From: a virus | Reading direction: 5' to 3' (one strand) | Virus record (IMG/VR): IMGVR_UViG_3300036774_000066 | Span: 92,610-156,609 of that record | Length of the DNA: 64,000 bases | Shown here: piece after piece, positions 1 through 7,960 of the stretch | How positions within the stretch are numbered: the first letter of the stretch is position 1 | Layout: each line of letters opens with the position of its first letter | Position numbers and translations under genes: made by a program | The notes under the pieces: model-generated | What the model saw: the letters and a program-made list of their open reading frames with translations, nothing else | Told to the model about the DNA's origin: nothing | Databases searched by the model: none

Positions 1-268
1 TATCACAGAATATCAAAACAAGCACCAGTAAAGCACTTGCCTCGAACTTCGGAAGATGAAACACAGCAATTCTCTTTTCCATCAGATCAATCAAGTGAGC
101 GTACTTCCGAGTTTCCTCCAACATTCCTTCCAAATCAGCAGTATTCCCTTTGTCCATCAAAGCAATCTTGATAAGCACCGAACTTTCCTCTTTAGTTAGA
201 GGACGTACCTCATACGGAGTTGTAGCAACCAACGGATAATCAGGGACCATCAAGTTACGCAATGTCAT
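1..268 (-). CDS. Hypothetical protein, runs off the left edge (MTLRNLMVPDYP...)
   Basis: ATG at 268 preceded by GGAGAGGTG; frame open to position 1; read manually. Confidence 0.65.
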   Translation of the reverse strand, partial: MTLRNLMVPDYPLVATTPYEVRPLTKEESSVLIKIALMDKGNTADLEGMLEETRKYAHLIDLMEKRIAVFHLPKFEASALLVLVLIFCD

Positions 269-294
269 ACGTCACCTCTCCGGTTAATACGATT

Positions 295-579
295 TTATCC
301 TACAAACTTCTTAGATAATGAACCAAGAAGATGCTCTCCTATTCGGCAAGGAGTATTACCCCTCTCATACTGCTCATGCGCAAAGCAAGGAGTCTCATTG
401 TACCAAGGCATAGCATGAACAGCATAAGAATATTCACCGGGCTTACTCCCTTGTAAATGCTTACACGGACCAATGCCCTCATGGAAAACAATATTGCCTT
501 CCACCGGACCCTTTACAGGATCGTCAACAATAGGAACACATAAGCGAATGCAGCAGTAACCGCAATGCAAACAAATCAT
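295..579 (-). CDS. YkgJ-like CxxCxxCC cysteine-cluster protein
   Basis: Start refined to MICLHCGYCC after a GAGGA SD; further Cys at PCKHL, PC, PC. Confidence 0.65.
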   Translation of the reverse strand: MICLHCGYCCIRLCVPIVDDPVKGPVEGNIVFHEGIGPCKHLQGSKPGEYSYAVHAMPWYNETPCFAHEQYERGNTPCRIGEHLLGSLSKKFVG

Positions 580-580
580 G

Positions 581-775
581 TTATCCTCGCTGTACCATCC
601 AAAACTCGTCACCCCACTCATCCACGTTAGGTACAGGCAAAGCATGACTAAGCATCTCATGAAGTTTCTTATTCTCTTTTTCCAACCTTTCATACTCCTC
701 AATGTAAACCCAAACCCCCGCTGGATTTTCCAACATTTCTCGGTTTGCATAACAAGGCAAATACTTCTTAGGCAT
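581..775 (-). CDS. Small hypothetical phage protein (MPKKYLP...)
   Basis: ATG follows the GAAAGGTCTGGTC leader; WVYIEEYERLEKEN coiled segment typical of small phage proteins. Confidence 0.6.
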   Translation of the reverse strand: MPKKYLPCYANREMLENPAGVWVYIEEYERLEKENKKLHEMLSHALPVPNVDEWGDEFWMVQRG

Positions 776-1073
776 GACCAGACCTTTCATATCTTAAAAG
801 ATACTCAATATCCTATCCTAAAGAAATACTCAATTGCCGAATGCACGAGAATCAGGTGCGTCTTTGTCCTGAAATATTCATACGGATTGTAAAGATTCAA
901 AGCAAGTTCCCGGTACATATCCGGGTAGAACTTCTTGACCAACGCATTGACCTTACGTTTGCAAGCTCTCTTCGCTCCCTGCATCAGTCGCTCCCACTCC
1001 GCAGAAGTGCAGTCCACACATCTTGTCTCATACTCTATGGTAACGTCACTGTACTGCATGACCAGACCTTTCA
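772..1073. repeat. 18-bp direct repeat GCATGACCAGACCTTTCA (772-789 and 1056-1073), the shared RBS+start of two adjacent genes
   Basis: Identical copies seen directly; minus strand reads TGAAAGGTCTGGTCATGC. Confidence 0.9.
805..1059 (-). CDS. Hypothetical phage protein (ends LILVHSAIEYFF)
   Basis: ORF with SD from the repeat; start refined to MQYSD. Confidence 0.7.
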   Translation of the reverse strand: MQYSDVTIEYETRCVDCTSAEWERLMQGAKRACKRKVNALVKKFYPDMYRELALNLYNPYEYFRTKTHLILVHSAIEYFFRIGY

Positions 1074-1345
1074 ATGTCTCGAAGAAAGTTGCAGACCTTC
1101 AACACGGCAGGATACGGGACACAATACTGCATCCCCACAACCTGCATAGAAATATCACCTTCACGAATCCCCTCTTTGTAAAGCTGCTCGGCAAGGACCG
1201 CGAGCGGATCATTCTCAATGACTGCCTGTATCCTTGCCGCAATCTGCTTTTGTGTAGATAGCACTTTTTTTACCTCACCGTATTTGGCATCCGGCAGGTA
1301 CTTTTTCACGCTATCTGTCACTCTCTGGATTGTTTTGTCTCTCAT
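1046..1345 (-). CDS. Hypothetical protein
   Basis: ATGA overlap with upstream gene; tight packing. Confidence 0.6.
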   Translation of the reverse strand: MRDKTIQRVTDSVKKYLPDAKYGEVKKVLSTQKQIAARIQAVIENDPLAVLAEQLYKEGIREGDISMQVVGMQYCVPYPAVLKVCNFLRDIERSGHAVQ

Positions 1346-1788
1346 TTCATACTCCACTTTCCGTCAACGATCTTTCCCCTTGGGTAATCTTTCGGGTCAA
1401 GCCCGATGTCCCGAATCGACCCAAGAAGCAGATCATAGTTGTCTTCAATCCGGCTCCCGTGCCGTCGCACATACTCCCCCAACTCGATCTCTTGTGTGTG
1501 ACCTACATGGTCAATAATATCCTTGACACACAGAGAAACCTTTGCAGTGACCTCTACCTTGACCCGAACAGCAATAGCCGGAATACTCAGGCTGTCCACC
1601 AAAACCGGGCTTAAAGTCAAGTCCTGCTTAGAAAGGTCTTGTATCGTGTGAATAGCCTCATCGTCGGTCAGGATTACCTTATCCTTGCCAACAATAGCCG
1701 CGTTGATCTCGGAGAAAGGCAGGTCACATTTCCCGTCCGTCAGACACCGCAATGCAGTTCTCAAATCATAAACCTTGACTTTTGCCAT
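1342..1788 (-). CDS. Hypothetical protein
   Basis: ORF in operon, purine-rich SD. Confidence 0.65.
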   Translation of the reverse strand: MAKVKVYDLRTALRCLTDGKCDLPFSEINAAIVGKDKVILTDDEAIHTIQDLSKQDLTLSPVLVDSLSIPAIAVRVKVEVTAKVSLCVKDIIDHVGHTQEIELGEYVRRHGSRIEDNYDLLLGSIRDIGLDPKDYPRGKIVDGKWSMK

Positions 1789-1794
1789 AAACAC

Positions 1795-1989
1795 CTACCC
1801 CTTTCTTTTAAGATAATTGTGGTATTCCTTCACCATGTCATCTGTATTCTTCCATCCGGCAACCGTCAGAAGGTGATGATCCTGATTGACAATCGAAGCA
1901 GCACCAGAAATCAAGTCAAGATCATACAACGAGGTAGAAATAGCCTCGTGCTTTTCGTCATACTTTGTAAATGCTCTGTACTTAGGCAC
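1795..1989 (-). CDS. Hypothetical protein
   Basis: ORF tiling between neighbours. Confidence 0.55.
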   Translation of the reverse strand: MPKYRAFTKYDEKHEAISTSLYDLDLISGAASIVNQDHHLLTVAGWKNTDDMVKEYHNYLKRKG

Positions 1990-1991
1990 AA

Positions 1992-2186
1992 TTACCTCTT
2001 ATCAAGCGAGGTAAGGGAATTAGAACACCTCACCCGACTCACCAAAACCCGACTCGTCACAACAGCATCCTTGAAGCACACAACATACTTCTCCGAATCT
2101 GACTCCTCCCGGTCCAACTCCAACCGTATAACAGCATTGGGAGTTCCAGCCGGATAATCCTCGTATCTCTTGACTCTCTTGCTCAT
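1992..2186 (-). CDS. Hypothetical protein
   Basis: AAAGGAG SD upstream. Confidence 0.55.
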   Translation of the reverse strand: MSKRVKRYEDYPAGTPNAVIRLELDREESDSEKYVVCFKDAVVTSRVLVSRVRCSNSLTSLDKR

Positions 2187-2211
2187 ACTCTATTCTCCTT
2201 TCCCATCCACT

Positions 2212-2230
2212 TATATAAGGCGCAAAATCT
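2212..2230 (-). promoter_or_regulatory. Putative class-2 promoter motif AGATTTTGCG-CC-TTATATA
   Basis: Near-identical 19-mer at 9181-9199; both intergenic and upstream of an SD. Confidence 0.45.
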
Positions 2231-2257
2231 ATACCTGATATATCAAAGGAAATCCCA

Positions 2258-2641
2258 CTAAACCGCCAAGTCCTTGTCCATAAGGGACATAAGACGGCTC
2301 AAGTCTGTAACGGAGAGAACTTGCTTCCAGTACCTTGTGATTTTTGCCTTGAGTATGGCAAACTGCTTTGCACTCAAGACCCGTCCCGCCTGAACCTGTC
2401 TCGCAAAACTTGACAGGATTTCAGCATCATAGGCACCAAACCCCACCCCATTGTCCTCCACCGTCTTTTCTATCTGCTGTTCTGCTGCTGTCTGTCGCGC
2501 ATACACGACCTCCAAAGCCCGGAGTGCCCATCTCGGGTCAGTCCGCAGCTTCCCTTGCACGTACACCGCTATCTGCTTCTTGGTGTACTTCTTGGCCTTC
2601 AAAACAACTTTCTGCGTTCCCGTCTCTACTTGGCTACTCAT
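2258..2641 (-). CDS. Conserved early phage protein (QTxxEQ...NGVGF..DA..LSS..LS.KQ family)
   Basis: Motif pattern recognised from large phages; first gene after the sigma70 promoter; start refined to MSSQVE. Confidence 0.75.
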   Translation of the reverse strand: MSSQVETGTQKVVLKAKKYTKKQIAVYVQGKLRTDPRWALRALEVVYARQTAAEQQIEKTVEDNGVGFGAYDAEILSSFARQVQAGRVLSAKQFAILKAKITRYWKQVLSVTDLSRLMSLMDKDLAV

Positions 2642-2665
2642 AACTTCGATCTCCTCTCTACTTCT

Positions 2666-2736
2666 AATATACAACGAATCAAGGGAAAAGTCAATAGTTT
2701 TCAAAACTTTTTTCTAACCTCTGTAAGTCATTGAAA
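2666..2736 (-). promoter_or_regulatory. Early sigma70-type promoter TTGACT-17-TATATT with upstream IHF-like box (TTTCAATGACTTA, 2724-2736)
   Basis: Consensus match; same architecture repeated at 8995-9066. Confidence 0.8.
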
Positions 2737-2742
2737 ACAAAT

Positions 2743-2774
2743 AAAAAGGGCAAGAACCTTTCGGCCCATGCCCC
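2743..2774 (-). terminator. Probable intrinsic terminator after lipase gene
   Basis: GGGCA...TGCCC stem followed by T run on minus strand. Confidence 0.55.
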
Positions 2775-2809
2775 ATCACCATTCCACAACAACCTTTTAG
2801 GAAATAAGG

Positions 2810-3622
2810 CTAAGTCGTACACTCCTTCAAAACTTCCTGCATCGCAGCAACTCCCACAGCATCCCCAGACGATTGACAGTCTGCCATAATTGACTGAGTA
2901 TAGCGAGAATGGTAGTGATCCCTAATCAAGTCTTTCTTGCGTGTAAACCACCCTCCAATATGAGGAGGATAGACTACTTCTTTTCCTACTGCCCGTGCTC
3001 CTGTTGAATCCGGGGGAACCTGTGCCACAATATCTCGCCCGTTAATCACACGAGTACAGTCAACAGGAAGCATATTATACTGGTCCCTAAAGTCCTTCGT
3101 CCCTGCCCTTGGACACCCGAAAAAGATTGCTGAGTGTGGTATGTCAAGCTGCTTCCCAACATACCCAGAGCAAAGCGTTCCTAACGCCCCACCCCTGGAA
3201 TGACCTGTAATCAGAAGACTTTTCAGCTTCCAGAACCTCCAAAAACTTCCAGCACTCTTCTTGGTCACATGCTCTACATCTTCCTCACCAATAGACTGCT
3301 TGATATACTGCAACAAATACTGAGTAACCGAAGGCTCAAAGTATTCCCATGATGTAAAGAATCCCTTATGCACAACATCACTTTCCCATTCAGACTTTCC
3401 AGCCAAAGGCAAAATATCAAAGTTAGACACCCACCCAAGATCATCTGACGTTGGACAAAAGGCAATCACAATTCGATCAGAAAATTCTGCTATAAAGGCA
3501 TAGTCAGTATCGTTCCACATAGGAGTAAAAATCAAACTGTCCGCTACAAGAGGGTGCGACGAATCCTCTGGCTTATGAGAAGCCCTCTCTGCAAACCGCC
3601 ATGCATCTGCAATTGCTTTCAT
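2810..3622 (-). CDS. Class 3 lipase (alpha/beta hydrolase)
   Basis: VHKGF, LITGHSRGGALG nucleophile elbow, FGCPRAG, RVINGRDIVAQVP, C-terminal DH. Confidence 0.85.
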   Translation of the reverse strand: MKAIADAWRFAERASHKPEDSSHPLVADSLIFTPMWNDTDYAFIAEFSDRIVIAFCPTSDDLGWVSNFDILPLAGKSEWESDVVHKGFFTSWEYFEPSVTQYLLQYIKQSIGEEDVEHVTKKSAGSFWRFWKLKSLLITGHSRGGALGTLCSGYVGKQLDIPHSAIFFGCPRAGTKDFRDQYNMLPVDCTRVINGRDIVAQVPPDSTGARAVGKEVVYPPHIGGWFTRKKDLIRDHYHSRYTQSIMADCQSSGDAVGVAAMQEVLKECTT

Positions 3623-3632
3623 AAATCATCTC

Positions 3633-4310
3633 TTAACATCTGGAAAATCCACACGTACACGAAACACAGCCAGACTCATGCCGTAATTTCGCTCTACAGT
3701 CAGGGCAAAGTCCTTGACTTACCCAAAAATCTTCCCCTCTCCCCTCGTCACCAACAACCCTATGGGGTATAACTCCCAATCGTTCTGCCTTCTCAACAAT
3801 TGACTCTTCCTTGTATTTCTGTTCCTCAACTTGATGTATGCGAACTTCTCTTGCCTCAATAGACTTTTCTCTAAGGTCTTCCGTCGCAGAAAAAATCGCC
3901 TTCAGTTCCCCTTGATGCTGTTCAAAAAACTTTTGCGCTTGTAAAGTCTTCTTCATTGCAGACGCTAAAGCCCGCGAACAAGAGGAATTTCCTGTCTTCT
4001 TAAACGCCTCATCCTTTCCGGCACGGTATCGTGCTGTCGGACACACCTCTGACTCCAATTGGTCAATAATCTCCTCAATAGGAGTTCCCCTCTGTAAGTG
4101 CAAAGAGACAAGCCGCCCCGTCATCTTTGTACTTGACGCACACCCACCCTTAGAGGATGATCCACAAAACACCTCTATCAACCGTACCTTATCGTGCCAA
4201 TTAAACTTAATAGAGAAGAATGCGGCACCACAACCTGTTTCTTCTCTGAATGTAAGTCCAATGGTAGGATTATCTCTGTGAACTCTTGACAGATTTGTAG
4301 TGTCATCCAT
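3633..4310 (-). CDS. Stand-alone TSCPD-domain protein (C-terminal part of class II ribonucleotide reductase, NrdJb-like) with Zn ribbon
   Basis: TGCG...EVF...KGGC...GRLVSL.LQ.G...EIIDQL...SC and CPDC...ESGCVSCTCGFSRC end. Confidence 0.8.
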   Translation of the reverse strand: MDDTTNLSRVHRDNPTIGLTFREETGCGAAFFSIKFNWHDKVRLIEVFCGSSSKGGCASSTKMTGRLVSLHLQRGTPIEEIIDQLESEVCPTARYRAGKDEAFKKTGNSSCSRALASAMKKTLQAQKFFEQHQGELKAIFSATEDLREKSIEAREVRIHQVEEQKYKEESIVEKAERLGVIPHRVVGDEGRGEDFWVSQGLCPDCRAKLRHESGCVSCTCGFSRC

Positions 4311-4801
4311 CAGAACTTCTCTCTTTCCTCTGTAAACATTTTATCCGTGACCTCTTTACACTTTAACTCGTCCACATTCGGAAAAATACCCATCATGTGC
4401 TCGACAAAGCACAGAGTATTCTTTACCATCGCTTGCGGGTCAAGTTTGGTAAGGTCTAACTTGTAAACATCCCCATATCTCCATGTTCCCTTATTTGCAT
4501 ACTTAGTTCCAAAAAACTCCTTGTGAATCTCAGTCACCGAGTGCATTAACTCAAGCTGCTCCGGCACATCAGGATCAGCACAACACAAAAATCCCTGAAT
4601 CATACAATCGGCAAGGTCACGCATTGTCAAGCCTTTAACTTCAGTCTTTCCACGCTCCCCTTGGTCTGTCCACATCTGACCATTATAGGGACGGTCCCTC
4701 GAATTGTCATAGTCAGACGATCCAAGAGTTGCAGAAAGTAAATGATCCAACTTCTTTTCAAAAGCTGGATCATCTACATCGACCACCGGAACACCCTGCA
4801 T
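4310..4801 (-). CDS. Hypothetical phage protein
   Basis: ORF translationally coupled to the TSCPD gene. Confidence 0.7.
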   Translation of the reverse strand: MQGVPVVDVDDPAFEKKLDHLLSATLGSSDYDNSRDRPYNGQMWTDQGERGKTEVKGLTMRDLADCMIQGFLCCADPDVPEQLELMHSVTEIHKEFFGTKYANKGTWRYGDVYKLDLTKLDPQAMVKNTLCFVEHMMGIFPNVDELKCKEVTDKMFTEEREKF

Positions 4802-4802
4802 A

Positions 4803-5240
4803 CTATCCCTTTGAAAAATCCGTGAGTTCCCCTACCCTCTTGACAAGTCTATCCTTGATCGTCGGGGCTTTCTTCAGTCGCGGATTCTTGTCATTGACCT
4901 CAATATACCCCTGCCGATTCTCAATGTGCTTCCACACCTCGCATCTTTGCAGATGCATAAGAAACGGCACAATGGCTGTGAATCTGCGAGTTACCCGGTC
5001 TTCCTGCTCTGTAAAGTCCAAGAAGGAAGTTGTACTCCGAAACGTGTACTTCGTAGACCGCATCCAGAAGCCTCCATTGGGCATCCTCTCAAGCACAAGA
5101 GTAATAGGCTTTCCTCCTATGGCTCGAAAAAGATGTATGTCTTCCCCCTTGACTGCGACCTGAAAGTAACCCTCCCCAATCAATCCGGCAACTGCCGCCT
5201 TCGTTGACATACGCTTAACAACAGACTTAGCAGCACTCAT
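4803..5240 (-). CDS. Hypothetical protein
   Basis: ORF, GGAGG SD, ATGA overlap. Confidence 0.7.
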   Translation of the reverse strand: MSAAKSVVKRMSTKAAVAGLIGEGYFQVAVKGEDIHLFRAIGGKPITLVLERMPNGGFWMRSTKYTFRSTTSFLDFTEQEDRVTRRFTAIVPFLMHLQRCEVWKHIENRQGYIEVNDKNPRLKKAPTIKDRLVKRVGELTDFSKG

Positions 5241-5638
5241 TTTGTCAACCTCCTTACTTCAACACGTTTAGGTTTAATCAACTCCTCCACCTCAAGATGT
5301 ATGCTACATGCCTTGTTTACAGCAGATACAAGTTCCTTCACCTGATTGTAACATGCAACATTTTCAGATACCCATATTGACGTATAAACTCTAATCCTGC
5401 TCCTCTTCTCCTTTGTCTCTCCCTCAGACTCCGCTGCATCTCTCTTGGAAAATCCCAATTTCTTTCTCCGTTTGTAAAACAAACTCATGTCCAACTTGAA
5501 CTTTGGATGCGCCTCCTCAAACTGTGTAAAAGTAGCAGTAGGATTTTCTCTCAAAAAACGATCTACAAGACCGTAATTGATCTTCCTACGCTTCTTTACT
5601 TCCGATACACCTAACTCAGCCACAGCGTCCGTTTCCAT
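5237..5638 (-). CDS. Basic hypothetical protein, possibly DNA-binding
   Basis: Lys/Arg rich; AAAGGA SD. Confidence 0.65.
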   Translation of the reverse strand: METDAVAELGVSEVKKRRKINYGLVDRFLRENPTATFTQFEEAHPKFKLDMSLFYKRRKKLGFSKRDAAESEGETKEKRSRIRVYTSIWVSENVACYNQVKELVSAVNKACSIHLEVEELIKPKRVEVRRLTK

Positions 5639-5671
5639 AGCAACATCCTTTCTTCTTACAACATCATGAGT

Positions 5672-5747
5672 AAAAAAGGAGTCCTGTATAGAGGCCCATC
5701 CTCACCCTGCAAGGAGCAAACAAGAGAGCAAAGAGGTACAGGACTCC
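5672..5747 (-). terminator. Terminator-like hairpin with 11-bp stem and unusually large internal loop
   Basis: GGAGTCCTGTA...TACAGGACTCC followed by TTTTTT. Confidence 0.65.
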
Positions 5748-5753
5748 CACCCG

Positions 5754-5945
5754 TCAAAGCTGTTTCTGAAATGTACTCCCAGAAGGAAAACTGTTCGGCA
5801 ACTTGATGTCATACGTGGTATCAGATATAACCTTCTGACCCGGAGAACAAAAATCACTGGCACTAACAGGGTCACTAAGATCATCAAGGATAGAAATACA
5901 CTCATCGCTCCCCGACTCGTTACTGCAATGGATAATGCGAACCAT
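5754..5945 (-). CDS. Small hypothetical protein
   Basis: Starts 2 nt after upstream stop with GGGAG SD. Confidence 0.5.
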   Translation of the reverse strand: MVRIIHCSNESGSDECISILDDLSDPVSASDFCSPGQKVISDTTYDIKLPNSFPSGSTFQKQL

Positions 5946-5947
5946 AA

Positions 5948-6532
5948 TTACTCCCTTATGTCAAGAGATTCCGACTCAAACTTCTCAAACGACTTCATCC
6001 CCTTGATCTTCCCGGCCAACGCCTTACTAACCTTGTTGTACCAGGCAATATCCTTCTGACGCTTCTTGACCGTTTTGTTATACTCAGTCACGAAAGCCAG
6101 AAACGCAGCATGAAAATCCTTTCGCCTCTTCCGCATATTATTGGTCCCGGTAATCAATCTCTCCCTCACGGCCTGCCGCCACTTGACAAGATCATCAACC
6201 GTATTATCCTCAACTGCCTTTGCTTCCTGCACACAATGAAGAGCACTTTCCAAGTGAAGATTTAGAAACTCAGTAGAAAAAGACTTGCCATGCGTCCATC
6301 TCTGACGCAGAAACTCCATCGTTCCTTCCGGGTCAAGTCCGATTCTCGCTCCTTCAGCAAAAATTCCTTCATACAACAACTTACGGTCTTTCCGAGCATT
6401 CTCCTTGACAAAATCATCTGCGATCCTTTTTGCACTATTGTCTATCTCAACAACCCGCTTTACATCATCAACATCAACGGTCTTCCTGACCTTAGCAACA
6501 GGGTTTCTTCTTACAACTTTCGTAGCCATCAT
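5948..6532 (-). CDS. Hypothetical helical protein
   Basis: AAGGAG SD; 194 aa ORF. Confidence 0.7.
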   Translation of the reverse strand: MMATKVVRRNPVAKVRKTVDVDDVKRVVEIDNSAKRIADDFVKENARKDRKLLYEGIFAEGARIGLDPEGTMEFLRQRWTHGKSFSTEFLNLHLESALHCVQEAKAVEDNTVDDLVKWRQAVRERLITGTNNMRKRRKDFHAAFLAFVTEYNKTVKKRQKDIAWYNKVSKALAGKIKGMKSFEKFESESLDIRE

Positions 6533-6544
6533 ACACTCCTTCGG

Positions 6545-6898
6545 TTATCCGTTAATGGGGAAAAACGGCTCGTCACACTGCTCCAAACGTACTTCCTCTG
6601 AAAGTGACCTCTGATACTTCTTACAAAAGCCAATACACCCTTCCTCAAGTGGAACATCCAAGTAAGTACACCCTTTACACGAAACACTCTCCACCTTGTA
6701 GTATTTGTATCCCCGTGCTATTCGCTTGGAGAAAAACGACCCGACAGAAGGTGCCGCCATCCACTCCTTCACTACCTCTTCCGAAACATCATGATACTCA
6801 TATAACGATCCGTTTTTGAACTTGACCTGAAGAACTTTTTTCGCAGGATTATGTGCGTATGCCTCAATGTTGGAAGAAGTAACCGGACTCAGCTTCAT
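6545..6898 (-). CDS. KTSC-domain protein with C-terminal Cys-rich extension
   Basis: PVTSSNIEAYAHN...LQVKFKNGSLYEYHDV...APSVGSFF..RI; start refined to MKLSPV after AAGGAG. Confidence 0.85.
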   Translation of the reverse strand: MKLSPVTSSNIEAYAHNPAKKVLQVKFKNGSLYEYHDVSEEVVKEWMAAPSVGSFFSKRIARGYKYYKVESVSCKGCTYLDVPLEEGCIGFCKKYQRSLSEEVRLEQCDEPFFPING

Positions 6899-6941
6899 TT
6901 TCTCTCCTTTTATGGGTTCCCTTGATAATACGTAAAAACAC

Positions 6942-6971
6942 AAAAAAGGGGAAGAGCTTTCACTCCTCCCC
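6942..6971 (-). terminator. Intrinsic terminator closing the putative ncRNA
   Basis: GGGGAGGAGT-GAAA-GCTCTTCCCC-TTTTTT. Confidence 0.85.
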
Positions 6972-6972
6972 T

Positions 6973-7200
6973 CCGGTCAAGCTGCCGTGCGACAAAGCCG
7001 CTGCTCTACTTTGCCGCGTTACCCCACTACGGGCCTACACTTTTGTTGATAGAGCGTAGTGGCTCCACCCTTTTGTGTGCAGGGGCGAGATGTTGGTGCC
7101 CTGTAAGTTTCGGCAACTTTCTCTAACGAACCGGGCATCCTTCGGGAAAACCCCGTAAGGCACGCGCTGGTCCGCTCTCTGTTAATACGCTGACCTCTCC
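6973..7200 (-). ncRNA. Putative structured non-coding RNA of unknown family
   Basis: GC-rich intergenic tract with several complementary stems and its own terminator; no convincing ORF. Confidence 0.6.
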
Positions 7201-7208
7201 AAAAATCA

Positions 7209-7610
7209 TCAGGACTTAGGCTTGTACTTTCGCAACAGACGACCATTACAATACGTCCCGGCTTTGTCCCATTGCCAAGGAGCATACCGAAATACTGCTA
7301 CCTCAACAGAATCCCCCTTCACCACATTGGCAAACTGACGGTCCTCGGAAGAAAAAGTCACGACCTCGTTGCCAATGTCAAGATCAACTGCAAAGGAAAA
7401 TGTACCAGAGGGAAGCCCACCACCGGCACTACGCCCGGCAACCACAGACATACTCATGTTGGAACACGCCGTTACCTTTCCGATAAACTCCTTCCGAGAA
7501 AAGAACTTGTACCCCGCAGTATAGATAAGACTCCCGATGATTCCCACGATCACGACCACAACCATCAACTCAATGAGAGTGAAACCACGCAACCACTTCT
7601 TCTGAAACAC
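7209..7610 (-). CDS. Prepilin-type N-terminal cleavage/methylation protein (type IV pilin-like)
   Basis: KKWLRG|FTLIELMVVVVIVGII class III signal; GTG start at 7610 after AAGGGAG. Confidence 0.85.
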   Translation of the reverse strand: MFQKKWLRGFTLIELMVVVVIVGIIGSLIYTAGYKFFSRKEFIGKVTACSNMSMSVVAGRSAGGGLPSGTFSFAVDLDIGNEVVTFSSEDRQFANVVKGDSVEVAVFRYAPWQWDKAGTYCNGRLLRKYKPKS

Positions 7611-7773
7611 AACAGGCTCCCTTCTGTAAATGTGAAAAGGTACAAGGATAACTGGTTTTCGTGGCACACACCACGCGGGGAATCCCGTAACCGCCTATTA
7701 GCCCTTCGCTATCCCTGTACCCAAAAATCCTTCTTACAACCTGATTCCAAGGTAAGACATACGTACCCGCCAC
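7570..7773 (-). CDS. Small hypothetical protein
   Basis: Fills the gap between neighbours; weak support. Confidence 0.35.
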   Translation of the reverse strand: MAGTYVLPWNQVVRRIFGYRDSEGLIGGYGIPRVVCATKTSYPCTFSHLQKGACCVSEEVVAWFHSH

Positions 7774-7952
7774 GATTTATGAAAAGCCTGTAGAAAAGTC
7801 TTTGCAAGGAAGGATGACCCGGTAAGCATGTCTATCAATACGTGGGAATCGGGAATATGCTTTAGACCTTCCTGCTTTCCCCTGTACTCAGATAGAAGCA
7901 AAACGGAAATCACATCCCAACGATGAAGTTTTCTTTTCTTTCGTCTTCTCAT
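7734..7952 (-). CDS. Small basic hypothetical protein
   Basis: GAGG SD; ORF tiling. Confidence 0.5.
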   Translation of the reverse strand: MRRRKKRKLHRWDVISVLLLSEYRGKQEGLKHIPDSHVLIDMLTGSSFLAKTFLQAFHKSWRVRMSYLGIRL

Positions 7953-7960
7953 TCATTACC

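Noticed and set aside
6973-7200. tRNA, tmRNA, SRP RNA or group I intron identity for the structured region
   Set aside because: No T-loop GTTCRA/CCA end, no SRP GGAA/AGCAG motif, no P7 catalytic core; flanking genes are not interrupted
7019-7285. 88-aa minus-strand ORF over the structured region
   Set aside because: Overlaps the pilin gene, no SD, composition unlike neighbouring genes
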